64,000 nt of DNA, from contig CAXXKJ010000002.1 of assembly GCA_963675295.2 (NCBI GenBank), positions 3,872,001-3,936,000 of the forward strand, read 5' to 3'. This DNA comes from a bacterium (lineage in GTDB: Bacteria > Electryoneota > Electryoneia > Electryoneales > Electryoneaceae). Shown here piece by piece: positions 19,201 through 30,600 of the stretch. Numbering within the stretch: the first letter of the stretch is position 1; every line of letters starts with the position of its first letter. A program made the position numbers and the translations under genes. The notes under the pieces were generated by a model that searched no databases, was not told the origin of the DNA, and saw only the letters and a program-made list of their open reading frames with translations.

Positions 19201-22200
19201 GATCGTCCAGTGATGGCCGCGCGAAGTCAATGACCGCGCCGTTCCCGGCAGGGCAACTGCGCGCGTTGCAGCGGGCGTACGAGAAGGCTGGGATTACGCC
19301 GGATCAGGTGGGGATGATCGAGGCGCACGGGACGGGGACTGTCGCCGGTGATACCGCCGAGACGGAAACCGTGCTCTCCCTGTTGAAGGGAAACACGCCG
19401 CCCAAGTCGATCTCGCTGGGTTCGGTCAAGGCGCAGATCGGACACGCCAAGTCGGATGCCGGTGCGGCGGGGATTCTGCGTGCGGCGTTGTCGTTGTATC
19501 ACAAGGTGCTGCCACCGCATTGCCATATCGAGGATCCGATCGATCCGATCGCCGATCCGGAATCGCCGGTGTATGTGCTCAAGGACGGGCGGCCCTGGAT
19601 CAAGCATCCAGACCGGCCCCGGTACGCGGGTGTCAGCGCGTTCGGATTCGGCGGCACGAATTTCCACATGGTGCTGGAAGAGTATGTCGAGGGCGCGAAG
19701 AAAAATACCGCCGGTGCGAATTTCTGGCCGCAGGAATTGTTCGCCTGGCGTGCCGCGAACGACAAGGCGCTGCTGCGTTCGGTGAAGACGGTGCACAAAG
19801 CGTTGTCGGCGGGTGCCGAGCCGCGTTTGCGAGACCTCGCGTTTACGCTGGCGTTGCAGGCGGATGCCGCAGTTGGCAAGCCGGCGCTGTTGACCGTTGT
19901 CGCGAGCAGCCTCGACGAATTGAAGGGCACGCTGGAGAAGGTCATCCAGGAGCTGGACGGCGAGGAAAAATTCCAGCTCGGCCCGAACGTGCAGTTGGTG
20001 CTGGATGCGCCGAAGGATTCGCCGAAGATCGGGTTCCTCTTTCCTGGCCAGGGCTCGCAGTATGTGAACATGGGCCGTGAAGCGGCGATGTACCTGCACG
20101 AGGTGCGGGAAGCGGTGGAAGCCGCGGATGGGTTCACCCGTGACGCCTACCCGAAACTGCTGAGCCAGTTCATTTTCCCGCCGAGCGCGTTCACGAAGGA
20201 CGAGGAGAAGCAGCAGGTCGTCGAGCTGACGAACACGCATGTGACGCAGCCCGCGTTGGGTGCGTTGGCGACCGGTTACCATGATTTCGCGACACGGTTG
20301 GGCCTCAAGGCGGACGGTGTCGTCGGGCATTCGATCGGTGAGTATGTCGCGTTGCACGCCGCTGGTGTGCTGTCGCGCGAGCAGATGTTCCAGTTGATCG
20401 AAACTCGTGGCCACACAATGGCCGAAGCCGCGGCGGACAAGCCGGGCACGATGGCGGCGGTGAAGTTGGAACGCGAGAAGCTGCAGCCGTTGATCACCGA
20501 GTTTGAGGGCGTGGTGATCGCCAACCACAACGCGCCGGAACAGTCGGTGCTGAGTGGTCCGGTTGACGGCGTCAAGGCGGCGGTGAAGAAACTGACGGAC
20601 GACGGCATCACCGCGAAGCTGTTGACCGTGGCCGGTGCGTTCCACTCCAGCCTGTTCGAGCAGTCGCAGAAGCCGTTGGTCGAGGCGATTCAGGCGGCGG
20701 AAGTCAACGAACCGCTGATCCCGGTGTATTCGAACAAGAACGGGTCACCGTATCCGTCCGACCCGAACGCAATCAAGGAACAGCTTTCCGGCCATTTGTT
20801 GGGGCCGGTGGAATTTGTTTCGGCTATCAACACGATGCACGACGATGGCATCCGTGTGTTTGTCGAACTCGGACCGAAGAGTGTGCTGGGGTCGTTGACG
20901 AAGCAGATCCTCAAGGATGATCTCAGTGTCAGCACGGTCTCGTTTGACGCCAACGGCGCGGTGAAGGGCGTGTTGAAGGCGACGGGCCAGCTGCTTGCGG
21001 CTGGCGCGCATGTGAAGCTTTCGATGTTGCATGAGGGGCGCGACGTCAAGGCATTGAACCTCGGCAAGCTGCTGGAAACGAAACCGGCGGAGTTGCCGAA
21101 GACGGCGTGGCTGGTGTCGGGCGGCTGTTCACGTCCGCAGGGCCACCCGATGCACATCGTGGGCAAACTTCCCCCATTGGACAAAGAACTTGCAGATAAG
21201 AGAAGGAAGGAACTGATGGACGAGTTCAAACAGCAGGGCGCTCCGCAGGGAGTGCCGCCGCAGCAGCCGGGTCAGCCGCCGGTTGATCCGATGCAGGCGT
21301 ACCAGCAGAACATGGCGCGCTTCCAGCAGATGCAGCAGCAGTATGGCCCGCAGGGTCAGCCGCCGCAGCAGCCGGGGTATCCGCCGCAAGGCATGCCACA
21401 GCAGCCGGGCTACCCGCAGCAGGGTTACCCGCAGCAGCCGCAGGGTTATCCGCAGCCGGGTTATCCACCGCAGGGCATGCCGCAGCAGCCGGGTTACGGC
21501 CGTCCGCCGTACCCGCAGCAGGGTTATCCTCAGCCGGGGTATCCGCCGCAGCAGCCCGGGTATGGGCGTCCCCCGTATCCGCAGCAGCCGGGCTACCCGC
21601 CGCAGGGCATGCCGCCCCAGGGATACCCGCAACAGCAGCCGCAGGGGTATCCTCCCCAGCAGCAGCCTGGTTATCCGCCGCAGGGCATGCCGCAGCAGCC
21701 CCAGCAGCCACAGATACCACCGCAGCAGCAGGCTCCAGCCCAGGCTCCGGCTCAGCCGCAGCCCCAGGCCGCCGCACCGGCGCCCGCACCCGCCGTTGAA
21801 GCTCCAGCTGCCCCAGCTCCCGCTCCCGCTCCTGCTCCGGCTCCGGCCGCTGGTGGTGCGATGAGCAAGGACGATATCGCCGCGCAGTTGGTCGCGTTGG
21901 TCGCGGAACGGACAGGCTATCCAGAGGATATGCTCGACCTCAACGCCGACATGGAAGCGGATCTCGGCATCGACTCGATCAAGCGTGTCGAGGTGCTGGG
22001 TTCGTTGCAGAAGACGTTCCCGGAAGACCAGGCGGACTCGTTGCAAGCCGAACTTGAGGCGTTGACGCGTGTCAAGACGATGGCCGAGATGGTCGACATC
22101 CTGCAGGCGATGGGCCAGAAGGCCGGTGGTGCGGCTCCCGCACCTGCCGCCGCAGCACCAGCCCAACCCGCAGCCGCCCCGGCGGCAGCACCTGCTCCCG

Positions 22201-24185
22201 CTCCGGCTCCGGCACCCGCCGCAGGCGCACCTATGAGTAAGGACGACATCGCAGCGCAGTTGGTCGCGTTGGTTGCGGAACGGACGGGCTATCCCGAGGA
22301 TATGCTCGACCTGAACGCCGACATGGAAGCGGACCTCGGCATCGACTCGATCAAGCGTGTCGAGGTGCTGGGTTCGTTGCAGAAGACCTTCCCCGAGGAC
22401 AAGGCCGATTCATTGCAGGCTGAGCTTGAGGCGTTGACGCGTGTCAAGACGATGGCCGAGATGGTGGACATCCTCGAGAAGATGGGTCAGCAGGTTGGCG
22501 GAGACACGGTAAACCCTAAGATGGGAGGCGTGCAGCAGCCGCCGTCCAGCCCGGACACGCTCCAGGCCTCCCGGTCCAATGGCGGAGCGGCGGCCTCTGT
22601 CGCGGACGATAACGATTTCAGCGGTGTCGAACGGATCGGGCGGTACATCTTCGAACCGTTCGAGGAGGAACTGCCCCCGCGTGGTGAACTCCCGCAGGGG
22701 CTGATCCTCGTCACCGAAGATGCCGGCGGCATCGCGGCAAACACGATCAACTTCCTCGCGCAGGAAGGCGTGAAAACCGCGATGATCGAGCGAGCGACGC
22801 TGGTTGATCCGGCCCGTCTCGAGCAATTCATCACTGACCAGCGTGAGCAGCACGGTTCCATCAGCGGCGTCCTGCACCTGGCGACCCTCGGCACCGGCAA
22901 CTTGCCGGAAACGATGGATGAGCTGGCGCAGGTGTCGCAGGAGCATGTTTACAGCCTGTTCAAGATCCTGCAGATCGTTGAACTCGATCTGAAGGAGGCG
23001 GCGGACACCGGCGAAGCTCGTGTGCTGCTGGGTTCGACCATGGGCGGCTCGTTTGGTCGGCATGGCCAGTCGAAGGCCGTTCCGACAGCGGCGTCCGGCC
23101 TCGGCATTTTGAAGACGCTGGTCATCGAATGGCCGGGTGTGCGTGCCAAGGCGGTCGATTTTGACGACGCGCTCAGCCCGCCGGCGATTGCGAAGCAGTT
23201 GGTGGACGAGCTGCTCGCCGATGACGAACGGCAGGAAGTTGGGTATCCGGGTGGGACGCGGACCGCGTTCCGGCCGGTGGACCGTGCGATTGATCTCAAC
23301 AACGGCGCCGAACCGCTCAAGCTCGAGTCGGACTGGGTGGCAATTGTCACCGGTGGTGCGCGCGGTGTGACCGCGGAGTTGGCGTACGACCTCGCTCGCG
23401 CGGGGATGACGTTGATCCTCTGCGGACGCAGCCCGTTGCCGCAGCCGGAAGGTCCGGAAACGGCCAACCTGACCGAACTTGCCGACTTGCGCAAGCATTT
23501 CATGATGGCGGCGAAGGCGGCTGGCGAGAAGGTTCGCCCGGTCGACATCGAGAAGAAGGTCAACCGTCTGCTCGGTGCACGCGAAATGCTGCGCAACATC
23601 AAGCGGTTCCAGGATGCCGGCGCGACGGTGGAATACCTCAGTGTTGACGTGTCCGATCTTGACAAGTTCGGCGCGGCGCTTGACGGGGTGTATGAACGTC
23701 ACGGCCGCATCGACGCGTTGCTGCATGGTGCGGGTGTGATTGAGGACAAGCTGATCGCCGACAAGCCGATCGAGCAGTTCCACCGGGTGTTTGAGACCAA
23801 GGTCAAGAGCACGTGGATCCTGGCGAAGAAGCTGAAGCCGGAGCAGATGAAGCTGGCGGTGTTCTTCACCTCGATGGCCGGACGATTCGGCAACATGGGC
23901 CAGTCGGATTATGCGTCCGCGAACGAAGCGGTGAACCGGTTCGCGTGGATGCTGAACAACGGGTGGCCGAACGCCCGCATCATGTCGATCAACTGGGGTC
24001 CGTGGATCTCGGGCATGGTGACGGACGAGTTGATTGCAGCATTTGAAGCACGCGGTGTGATTCCGATTCCGCTCAAGGGTGGACGGCAGTTCTTCCTCGA
24101 CGAACTGACCCACGGCTCGAAGGATGAGGTGGAGTTGGTCGCGGGGTCCGGCCTGTGGTCGGCGGATGATCTGAACCGTGTGTGA
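16269..24185 (+). CDS. Pfa-like type I PKS 1: two FabK/NMO-type ER-like barrels - KS - AT - PQGY-rich linker - ACP - ACP - KR
   Basis: EGRECGGH (ER), DSACASS/EAHGTGT/GHAK (KS triad), GQGSQ/GHSIG/AFH (AT), [10 protein letters not shown] x2 (ACP), TGGARGV/YASAN (KR). Confidence 0.95.
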   Translation: MSLNRFERITLSPLGLREPGVAISAAKAGFTGLLDAEFCVDADRARVSLEMLLKRTANATGRIGLRLHADQVKPLQPLLEMLADQDHIVLLAGVSAKNHADVLKALPKADQRSIWLEILDSQVATELLKQKQQPEAWVMKGHEGAGWVGDDTTYILLQKLAKLEKTPPVYVQGGLGVHAAAACKVAGADGIVLDDQLLLMPESPLPLSWKQYFEGLNGKEAVAYGERLLAPVRVFARPGFPVNDDLMAQADALEVENDLTENGVAKWRGIASERIGWGEPGVLGWPVGQGIGFAARYRDKYKSVAKLLRVIGNEIDDHIRAAKEQQTMAPDSPLAKRHRTKYPLVQGPMSRVSDRAEMSDVISREGALPTHALGTMPPQVVADLLKKSVELHGDRSWGVGFIGFLPQELYDQQLAEVIKVKPPFAIIAGGRPDQANKLEEHGISTYIHAPTPELLKMYYESGARKFIFEGRECGGHIGPLCSFPLWESVIDAFLEMVPKGKEADVQVLFAGGVSDRLSSAMVSAMASPLVARGMNVGCLVGTAYLFAKESVDTGTITKLYQDTAIKCDRTVNMEVGPGHANRACDTPLASEFNATRRQMLKDKRPGAEIREELDRFTLGRLAIATKGQHFSAEGIRDVDDKEQYQTGFYMIGQVCTMRDRATTVQELHTEICDGAVEQLDSFVLPEPVKVQAEPNPCDIAIVGIASTMPQAKTMDEFWENVLTHKDVIEEIPKHRWDPEIYYDQDRTARDRSYSKWGGFVPEMAFNPVAYGIAPISMSSIEPMQVMSLEMAKKALEDAGYGDGSYPRERTGVILGAAGSTGDFGLMLTARTTMERFVPYIPEDTWERMPEWTEEAFAGGLYNVTAGRIANRLNMSGINFTVDSACASSLTSVAMAISELELGNADMMITGGVDLQQHIGSYISFAKTHALSPTGKSRSFDKNADGIVLAEGVTVLVLKRLADAERDGDHIYAKIKSWGSSSDGRAKSMTAPFPAGQLRALQRAYEKAGITPDQVGMIEAHGTGTVAGDTAETETVLSLLKGNTPPKSISLGSVKAQIGHAKSDAGAAGILRAALSLYHKVLPPHCHIEDPIDPIADPESPVYVLKDGRPWIKHPDRPRYAGVSAFGFGGTNFHMVLEEYVEGAKKNTAGANFWPQELFAWRAANDKALLRSVKTVHKALSAGAEPRLRDLAFTLALQADAAVGKPALLTVVASSLDELKGTLEKVIQELDGEEKFQLGPNVQLVLDAPKDSPKIGFLFPGQGSQYVNMGREAAMYLHEVREAVEAADGFTRDAYPKLLSQFIFPPSAFTKDEEKQQVVELTNTHVTQPALGALATGYHDFATRLGLKADGVVGHSIGEYVALHAAGVLSREQMFQLIETRGHTMAEAAADKPGTMAAVKLEREKLQPLITEFEGVVIANHNAPEQSVLSGPVDGVKAAVKKLTDDGITAKLLTVAGAFHSSLFEQSQKPLVEAIQAAEVNEPLIPVYSNKNGSPYPSDPNAIKEQLSGHLLGPVEFVSAINTMHDDGIRVFVELGPKSVLGSLTKQILKDDLSVSTVSFDANGAVKGVLKATGQLLAAGAHVKLSMLHEGRDVKALNLGKLLETKPAELPKTAWLVSGGCSRPQGHPMHIVGKLPPLDKELADKRRKELMDEFKQQGAPQGVPPQQPGQPPVDPMQAYQQNMARFQQMQQQYGPQGQPPQQPGYPPQGMPQQPGYPQQGYPQQPQGYPQPGYPPQGMPQQPGYGRPPYPQQGYPQPGYPPQQPGYGRPPYPQQPGYPPQGMPPQGYPQQQPQGYPPQQQPGYPPQGMPQQPQQPQIPPQQQAPAQAPAQPQPQAAAPAPAPAVEAPAAPAPAPAPAPAPAAGGAMSKDDIAAQLVALVAERTGYPEDMLDLNADMEADLGIDSIKRVEVLGSLQKTFPEDQADSLQAELEALTRVKTMAEMVDILQAMGQKAGGAAPAPAAAAPAQPAAAPAAAPAPAPAPAPAAGAPMSKDDIAAQLVALVAERTGYPEDMLDLNADMEADLGIDSIKRVEVLGSLQKTFPEDKADSLQAELEALTRVKTMAEMVDILEKMGQQVGGDTVNPKMGGVQQPPSSPDTLQASRSNGGAAASVADDNDFSGVERIGRYIFEPFEEELPPRGELPQGLILVTEDAGGIAANTINFLAQEGVKTAMIERATLVDPARLEQFITDQREQHGSISGVLHLATLGTGNLPETMDELAQVSQEHVYSLFKILQIVELDLKEAADTGEARVLLGSTMGGSFGRHGQSKAVPTAASGLGILKTLVIEWPGVRAKAVDFDDALSPPAIAKQLVDELLADDERQEVGYPGGTRTAFRPVDRAIDLNNGAEPLKLESDWVAIVTGGARGVTAELAYDLARAGMTLILCGRSPLPQPEGPETANLTELADLRKHFMMAAKAAGEKVRPVDIEKKVNRLLGAREMLRNIKRFQDAGATVEYLSVDVSDLDKFGAALDGVYERHGRIDALLHGAGVIEDKLIADKPIEQFHRVFETKVKSTWILAKKLKPEQMKLAVFFTSMAGRFGNMGQSDYASANEAVNRFAWMLNNGWPNARIMSINWGPWISGMVTDELIAAFEARGVIPIPLKGGRQFFLDELTHGSKDEVELVAGSGLWSADDLNRV
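21231..21860 (+). repeat. Coding low-complexity region: Pro/Gln/Gly/Tyr repeats then Pro/Ala linker
   Basis: About 11 GYP and 2 GYGRPPY units (e.g. QQPGYPPQG). Confidence 0.95.
21861..22490 (+). repeat. Tandem near-identical ACP domain duplication (21861-~22120; 22233-~22490)
   Basis: [10 protein letters not shown]...MVDIL protein sequences identical except one Q/K; DNA differs mainly at third codon positions. Confidence 0.95.
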
Positions 24186-24246
24186 CGGATGACGTTCGCC
24201 GGATCGCGCATGAGACGTGGCGGACGATGGTAACGAACGACAATGC

Positions 24247-24291
24247 GGAGAGGTCCGGTCCGTCACCGGCCCTCTCCTTCCTGTATTTTTT
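24247..24291 (+). terminator. Terminator-like hairpin between the two PKS genes
   Basis: ggagagg(t)ccggt-ccgtc-accgg(c)cctctcc followed by ttcctgtatttttt. Confidence 0.55.
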
Positions 24292-24295
24292 GAGC

Positions 24296-24564
24296 TACCA
24301 CGGACTGAAGTCCGTGGTAAGAACAACGAGCAGCTATAATTACCACGGACTTTAGTCCGTGGTTGGTCCGTGATACGCAGGATGTCACAGTGAACAAGTT
24401 GTCGTCCAGTGAAGGGTGAATTCCTGAGACGGATGTCATCCAGAACTTGGTGTCATCCTGAACGTGGTGAAGGATCTCGTAGTTCACTGGCGGAAAATCC
24501 CGACCAGCAAGCTGGTCGGGGCAGACTCAAATGATCATCCACGACATGAATGTCGTGGGCATGT
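24296..24564. repeat. Mixed REP-like cluster in inter-PKS spacer
   Basis: taccacggac-tgaa/ttta-gtccgtggt x2 (24296, 24341); tgtcatcctgaacgtggtgaaggatct (24451); family A (24496-24523); 32-bp element at 24533-24564 identical to 58611-58642. Confidence 0.8.
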
Positions 24565-24608
24565 TGTACACATCAGGACGATTCGTCCGGGCACAGTTGA
24601 AGGATACG

Positions 24609-27600
24609 ATGAGCTCAGTGAAACGCAACCCTGGCCAGCAGAACATCGCCATCGTGGGCATGGCGTCCGTCTTTCCGAAGGCGCATGACGTCCGTGAATA
24701 TTGGCAGAATCTCGTCGACAAGGTGGACGGGGTGACGGACGGCGTGCCGGAATGGACGCAGCACTATTACGATCCCGAGATGAAGGAAGTCGCCCGGATT
24801 TACACGAAGAAGGGCGGATTTGTCGATCGCGATCTTCCATTTGATCCGCTCGAGTTCGGCATCATGCCGAGCCAGGTTGACGGCACCACACCGGACCATT
24901 TCCTCGCGTTGAAAGCGTGCAAGGACGCGTTGATCGACGCCGGGTACTGGGACGGGATGAAGTCGTTCGACAAGACCCGTACCGGCGTCATTCTCGGCTA
25001 TGGTCCGAACGCCAACCGTGGCAACCTGCTCGCGTTCCAGCATGGCATGGTCGTCGATCAGACGATGGCGATTATCAAGAATCTGCTGCCGGACATGGAC
25101 GAACAGATGATCTATGACATTCGTCATGACATCATGGACGGCCTGCCGATGTTGCGTCCGGAAATCGTGCCCGGTTTTGTCGCGAACGTGCTCACCGGCC
25201 GGATCGCGAACCGTCTCGACCTGATGGGTCCGAACTACATCGTCGACGCGGCGTGTTCGGCGTCGTTCATCTCGCTGGATGCGTCGATCAAAGAACTGCG
25301 CAGCGGACGCAGCGACATGATCCTCGCCGGTGGTGTCAACATGTCGATGCCGCCGCAGATGATGATGGTCTTCTCGATTATTGAAGCGTTGACCCGTGAC
25401 ATCGTGCGCCCGTTCGACAAGCGGGCCTCCGGCGTGCTGCTCGGCGAGGGTATGGGCATCATGGTGCTGAAGCGGTTGGAAGACGCCGAGCGTGATGATG
25501 ACCGCATCTACGCCGTGATCAAGGGAATCTCGCTGGCGTCCGACGGCAAGTCCAAGGGCCTGCTCGCGCCGCGTTTTGAGGGCGAAGTGCTGGCGATGCA
25601 GCGAGCTTATGAGGAAACCGGCATCGACAAGCACACGATATCGTTGCTCGAAGCGCACGGTACCGGGATTCCACTCGGTGATGAGACCGAGGTCAAGTCG
25701 ATCAAGACGGTGTTCGGTGACCGTCCCGAAGACGGATTGCCGATTGGGCTTGGCGGCGTCAAGTCGATGCTCGGCCACTCGTTGATGGCGGCCGGTTCCG
25801 CGGGGATGATCAAAACGGTGCTCGGCCTGTATCACAAGTCGTTGCCGCCGACCTTGTGCGACGAAGTCAGCCCGGCGCTTGAGCTGGAAACGAGCCCGGT
25901 GTATGTGAACAACAAGATCCGTCCGTGGATCAACGGTCAGGATCATCCGCGCCGTGCCGGCGTAAACGCGTTCGGGTTCGGCGGGATCGACGGGCACTGC
26001 ATTGTGGAGGAGTACACCGGCCCCAGCGGCAAGGATCGTGTGAAGTTGCTGGACAAGGTGTGGCCGCATGAACTGCTGGTGTTCCACGGCCGTTCGCAGG
26101 ATGACGTCGTCGAGCAGGTGAACAACGTGATCGGTGTGATCCAGCACCCACGCAACTTCCTGCTGAAGGACATCGCCTATTCGTTGGTCGAGCACGCCAA
26201 GGGCCAGTACGGTCCGGTGCGTCTGGCGGTCTTGATCACGGACAACCGTGAGGACGCGGTCAAGCGTCTTAAGGACGCCATCGAAAAGATCAAATCGGGC
26301 AAGGCCGAACGGATGAAGGGCCGTGGCGGTATTTTCTTTGGCGACAAGGTCCGTGACGGCAAGATGGCGTTCATTTACCCCGGTCACGGCGCGCAGTATC
26401 CTGAGATGTTCGCCGACCTGTGCCGCTTCTTCCCGAAGGTGCGGGAGTGGTTCGATGTGATGGACAGGCTGTTCGTGAAGAACATGGGCATCCGTCCCAG
26501 CGACGCCCTGTACCCGAAGCCGACGGTGCTGACCGATGAAGAACGGGAAGCGCTGGCGAAGGAACTGTTCACCGGCGACTACAGCATCGCGATCACGAAC
26601 TACACCGCCGATGCGATGGATGAGTTGGTCCGTGACACGCTCGGCGTCAAGCCGGACGTGATGATCGGGCACAGTACGGGCGAATTGAACGCGGTGGGAT
26701 CGTCCGGCTATTTCAAGAAGCCGGGCAAGACTGAGCTCGATGAGCCGACGGAGCTGCTGGTTGATGTCTTCACCAGCTTCCGTGATGAACTGGGTGGCTA
26801 CCCGACCGGCGCGTTGCTCGCCGTCGGCGCGGCTGACCACAAGAAGGTGGAGAAAATCATCGCCGACTCGAAGGGCAAGCTGTCCTTCGTGCTCGACAAC
26901 TGCCCGAACCAGGTGCTGGTCTACGGCGCGGAAGAAGATGTGCTCAACGCCAAGCCGTTGTTCGAGAAGGCGGGCGGGATTTGCGAACGGATGCCGTTCG
27001 ACCGTGCCTTCCATACCCCGGAATTCAAGTTGGTCAGCGAGAAGCTGGCGAAGCGGTTCAAGACCGACTGGTTTGACAAGGGCCACACCAAGCTGTTCAG
27101 CGCGACCAAGGGTGATTACTACCCGGACGATCCGAAGAAGGTCCACCAGTGGGCGGCGGATCTGTGGTCGGAGCCGGTGATGTTCCGTGGCGCGATTGAG
27201 AAGCTGTACGAGGACGGTGTCCGCATCTTCGTCGAAGTCGGCGCGAATGCGAACCTGACAGCGTTTGTCAACGACACGCTGATGGGCAAGGACTACCTCG
27301 CGGTCGCGACGAACAACGCGCGCAAGGGCGACCTCGACCAGCTGAACACCATGCTCGCGCAGTTGTTCATCAACGGCCGCGTGCCGCGGTTCGAAGGCAT
27401 GTACGAGCACCGCGAGGTGACCCTCGTGCCGGTCAATCCGGCGGAGATCGAGCCGGAGAAGAAGCGTCCGACGAACCAGCGGCTGGTGCGTGATGTCGCC
27501 ACCATGCGACTCAGCGACAAGATGATGCAGCGTCTGAACGAGAAGTTCCCGCATCGTGGGTTGACCGGCGCAGGCGCAGCGAAGATCATCCCGGAAGCCG

Positions 27601-30600
27601 CTGAAGCGGCGAAGATACAAGATCAGGCAGCTCCGGAAGCGACTCCGGTTGCAAAGTCCGCCAATGGTCAGCCGGCCGCGGCTCCGCAGCCGCATGAGAT
27701 GGCTCCGCAGCAACCGCCAGCGTACGATCCGAGTGGCTACCCGCAGCAACAGCCGATGGTAGATCAGTGGGGCAACCCGTTGCCGCAGCAGCCGGGCTAT
27801 GACCCGTATGCGCAGCCGCAGCAGGCTCCGATGTATGATCCATATGGAAACGGTGGCTTTGATCCGTACACCGGGCAGCCGATCCCACAGCAGCCGTACC
27901 CGGTACAGCAGCAGTTCGACGCGTGGGGCAATCCAATCCCGCAGCCGGGATTTGATCCGTACGCTCCGCCCCCGCCGCCGTATGATCCGTACGCCGCGCA
28001 GATGGGCTATCCGCCCTATCCGCCGCAGCCGATGGTGGATCAATGGGGCAATCCATTGCCGCAGCAGCCGGGATTCGATCCGTACGCACAGCCACCGCAG
28101 CAGCAGTACGACGCCTGGGGCAACCCGATTCCGCAGGACCCGTACAACCCGCAACCGTGGGGACCGGATTTTTTCGTACCAGGCAGTCTGGGGGTTCCAC
28201 CACCTGACCCGTGGGGGTACCAGCCCCAGGCGCCGATGATGTTTGATGCGTATGGTAACCCGCTGCCAGCGGACCCGTACGGCATGATGCCGCCGTATGA
28301 TCCGTATGGCGCGCCGCCGTTTGACCCATACGCACCTCCTCCCCCGCCGGAGATGGGCATGATGCCGCCGTACGATCCGTACGCGCAGCCGATGATGCCG
28401 CCGCAGGGGTTCGATCCGAATGTGTCGCCGGCACCGATGGAGATGCAGGCCCCGCCTGCCCCGGTGATGGAACCGGCTCTGGAAACGGCACCTCCGCAGG
28501 CTGCCGTCGAAGCACCCGCTCCGCCGTCAGCACCGGAAGCCCAGGCTCCGGCCGCTCCCGCACCTGCCGTTCCGGCAAAAGCCGAACCGCAGGCGGATGT
28601 TGAGGCGTTGCGTGAACAGGCGCGTGCGGCGATGAACGCGCACGACATACCGTTCGGCAAGAAGCCGCCGGTATCGCAGGAGATGCTGGACGCGATGCTT
28701 TCCGACCCGTCCAACCCGGACGCGCCGGATCATCTGCTGAAGAAGATCGATCCGCAGGCGTCGTTGAGTGCGCCGAACTACCCGCGTCCGGCTTCGTCAG
28801 AGTTGCCGTTCGAGCAAGCGTACCCGATGCTTGGCAAGGTGGTCAGCAAGGATGAAAACCTGCTCGAATGTGAGCGGCACCTGAACGTCGAAACCGACCT
28901 CGTGCTCAAGTCGCATGCGTTCGGCGGACCGCCCAGCCGTCACCAGAAGCAGCTGCGTCCGATGGCGATTGTACCGTTCGTGATGAGCCTCGAGACGTGC
29001 GCCGAAGCGGCCACGTACCTGATGGACGGCACCAAGCACGTCAAGACGTTCAAGATGATCCGCGGCCACCGTTGGCTGGCGCTGACCGACGGCACGCTCG
29101 ACATCCTGATCAAGGCGAAGAAGCTGAAGGATCTTGAGGACGGCGACACGCTGGTCCGAGTCGAGATTTTCCAGTATCACAAGCACCGGGATGGCCGTGT
29201 CGAACCGCATCTGACGTTCGAAACGATGGCCATTGTCGGCGACAGGGAACACGATCCGGTCGCGCCGATGCCGTTCAAGGTGCCGAATCCGAAGTACTCG
29301 CATTTCACCACCGAGATGCTGTATAACGACGGCATCTTCTACAGCATGAATTATCCGGGCCGGTTCCACGGGCGTCACTTCCGTGCGATCCGGAACATCC
29401 GTCACGTCAGTCCGCACACGATCGAAGTCGATATCGAGGTACCGGACTGGGATGATTTGTTCGCAAACATCCAGGACCCGCAATTCCAGACGGACATTTT
29501 CGTGATGGACGCGGCGGTGTTGCAGGTAGGATTCTACTACACCGAAGTGTACGGGATGGACGCAAACCTCTTCCCGTTCATGATCAAGGAAGCGAGGTTC
29601 TTCGGCGGTCCGCCGCCGAAGGGCCGGAAGCTGATCGGGCGCGCGGTGATGCGTTTGACCGGAATCGGTGACATTGAGCTGGACAGCAACCCGTATTTCA
29701 ACTTCCAGGACAAAGATGGGAATGTCATCTACCAGATGGACGACCATTCGCTGGAAGGCTTCCACTTCCCGCCGGAATACTACAAGGCGGTGATGGTACC
29801 GAACATGGGCTGTCTTGAAGGCACAGTGGACATTATCGACGCCGAAACCGGGCACGTTTACACCCACATCGAAGGCTGGCAGAACAGGTACTTCGACATG
29901 CCGGTGCGGTTTGACACGGTGACGTTGTTCATGCACGACTTCACCCTGTCGGAACCGTGGCTGACGGAGAAGACCGGCCTGCGGATGCGGATCAACGAGC
30001 CGTTCGAGGAAGGCCTGCTCGAGGAATCATGGGGTGTCTGGGGCAGCAAGCTGGCGCACACGACGTTGACTGAGGCGGAGAAGAAACAGTATTACAGCTT
30101 CCCGGAAGGCAACCCGCGCCGTCAAGACTGGCTGATGGGCCGGATCGCGGCGAAGGAGCTGTTGATCGACTGGATCATGAAGGAGACGATCGAAGATCGG
30201 TACAACCCGATCGACATCGAGATCCGGATTGATGAGTACGGAAAGCCGTACGGTGTCTGCACTCCGTTGCCGGAGCTGAAGCTGCCGGACTTCTCGCTGT
30301 CGCATTCGAAGCGATACGCGGTGACGGTTGCCGCGAAGGATCTGGACACCGCCATCGGTATCGATTACGAGTGGCTGGACAGTTTCAACTACGACGACGT
30401 GCTCGCCGGCGGTTTCGCGAAGGAGACGATGGACGAGGTGCGTGCGTTACCGGAAGATCAGCGCACGCGTGCTACCGCCGCGCTCTGGTGCAGCAAAGAA
30501 GCGGTCGCCAAGGCGCTCGGCAGCGGGATGAACTACGAGCCGCGCGAATGGGCGATTGACTCGTACGATCTGACCGCCGGAACGGCGTCCGTGCGCTACC

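Noticed and set aside
24531-24608. ORF-track start of PKS2
   Set aside because: Falls inside a repeat also present at 58611; ATG 24609 has an RBS and directly precedes the KS.
24615-28154. 1179-aa antisense ORF (also 22410-24326, 17481-19175, 12767-14206, 4368-5774)
   Set aside because: Shadow ORFs opposite well-supported GC-rich genes; no recognisable motifs.
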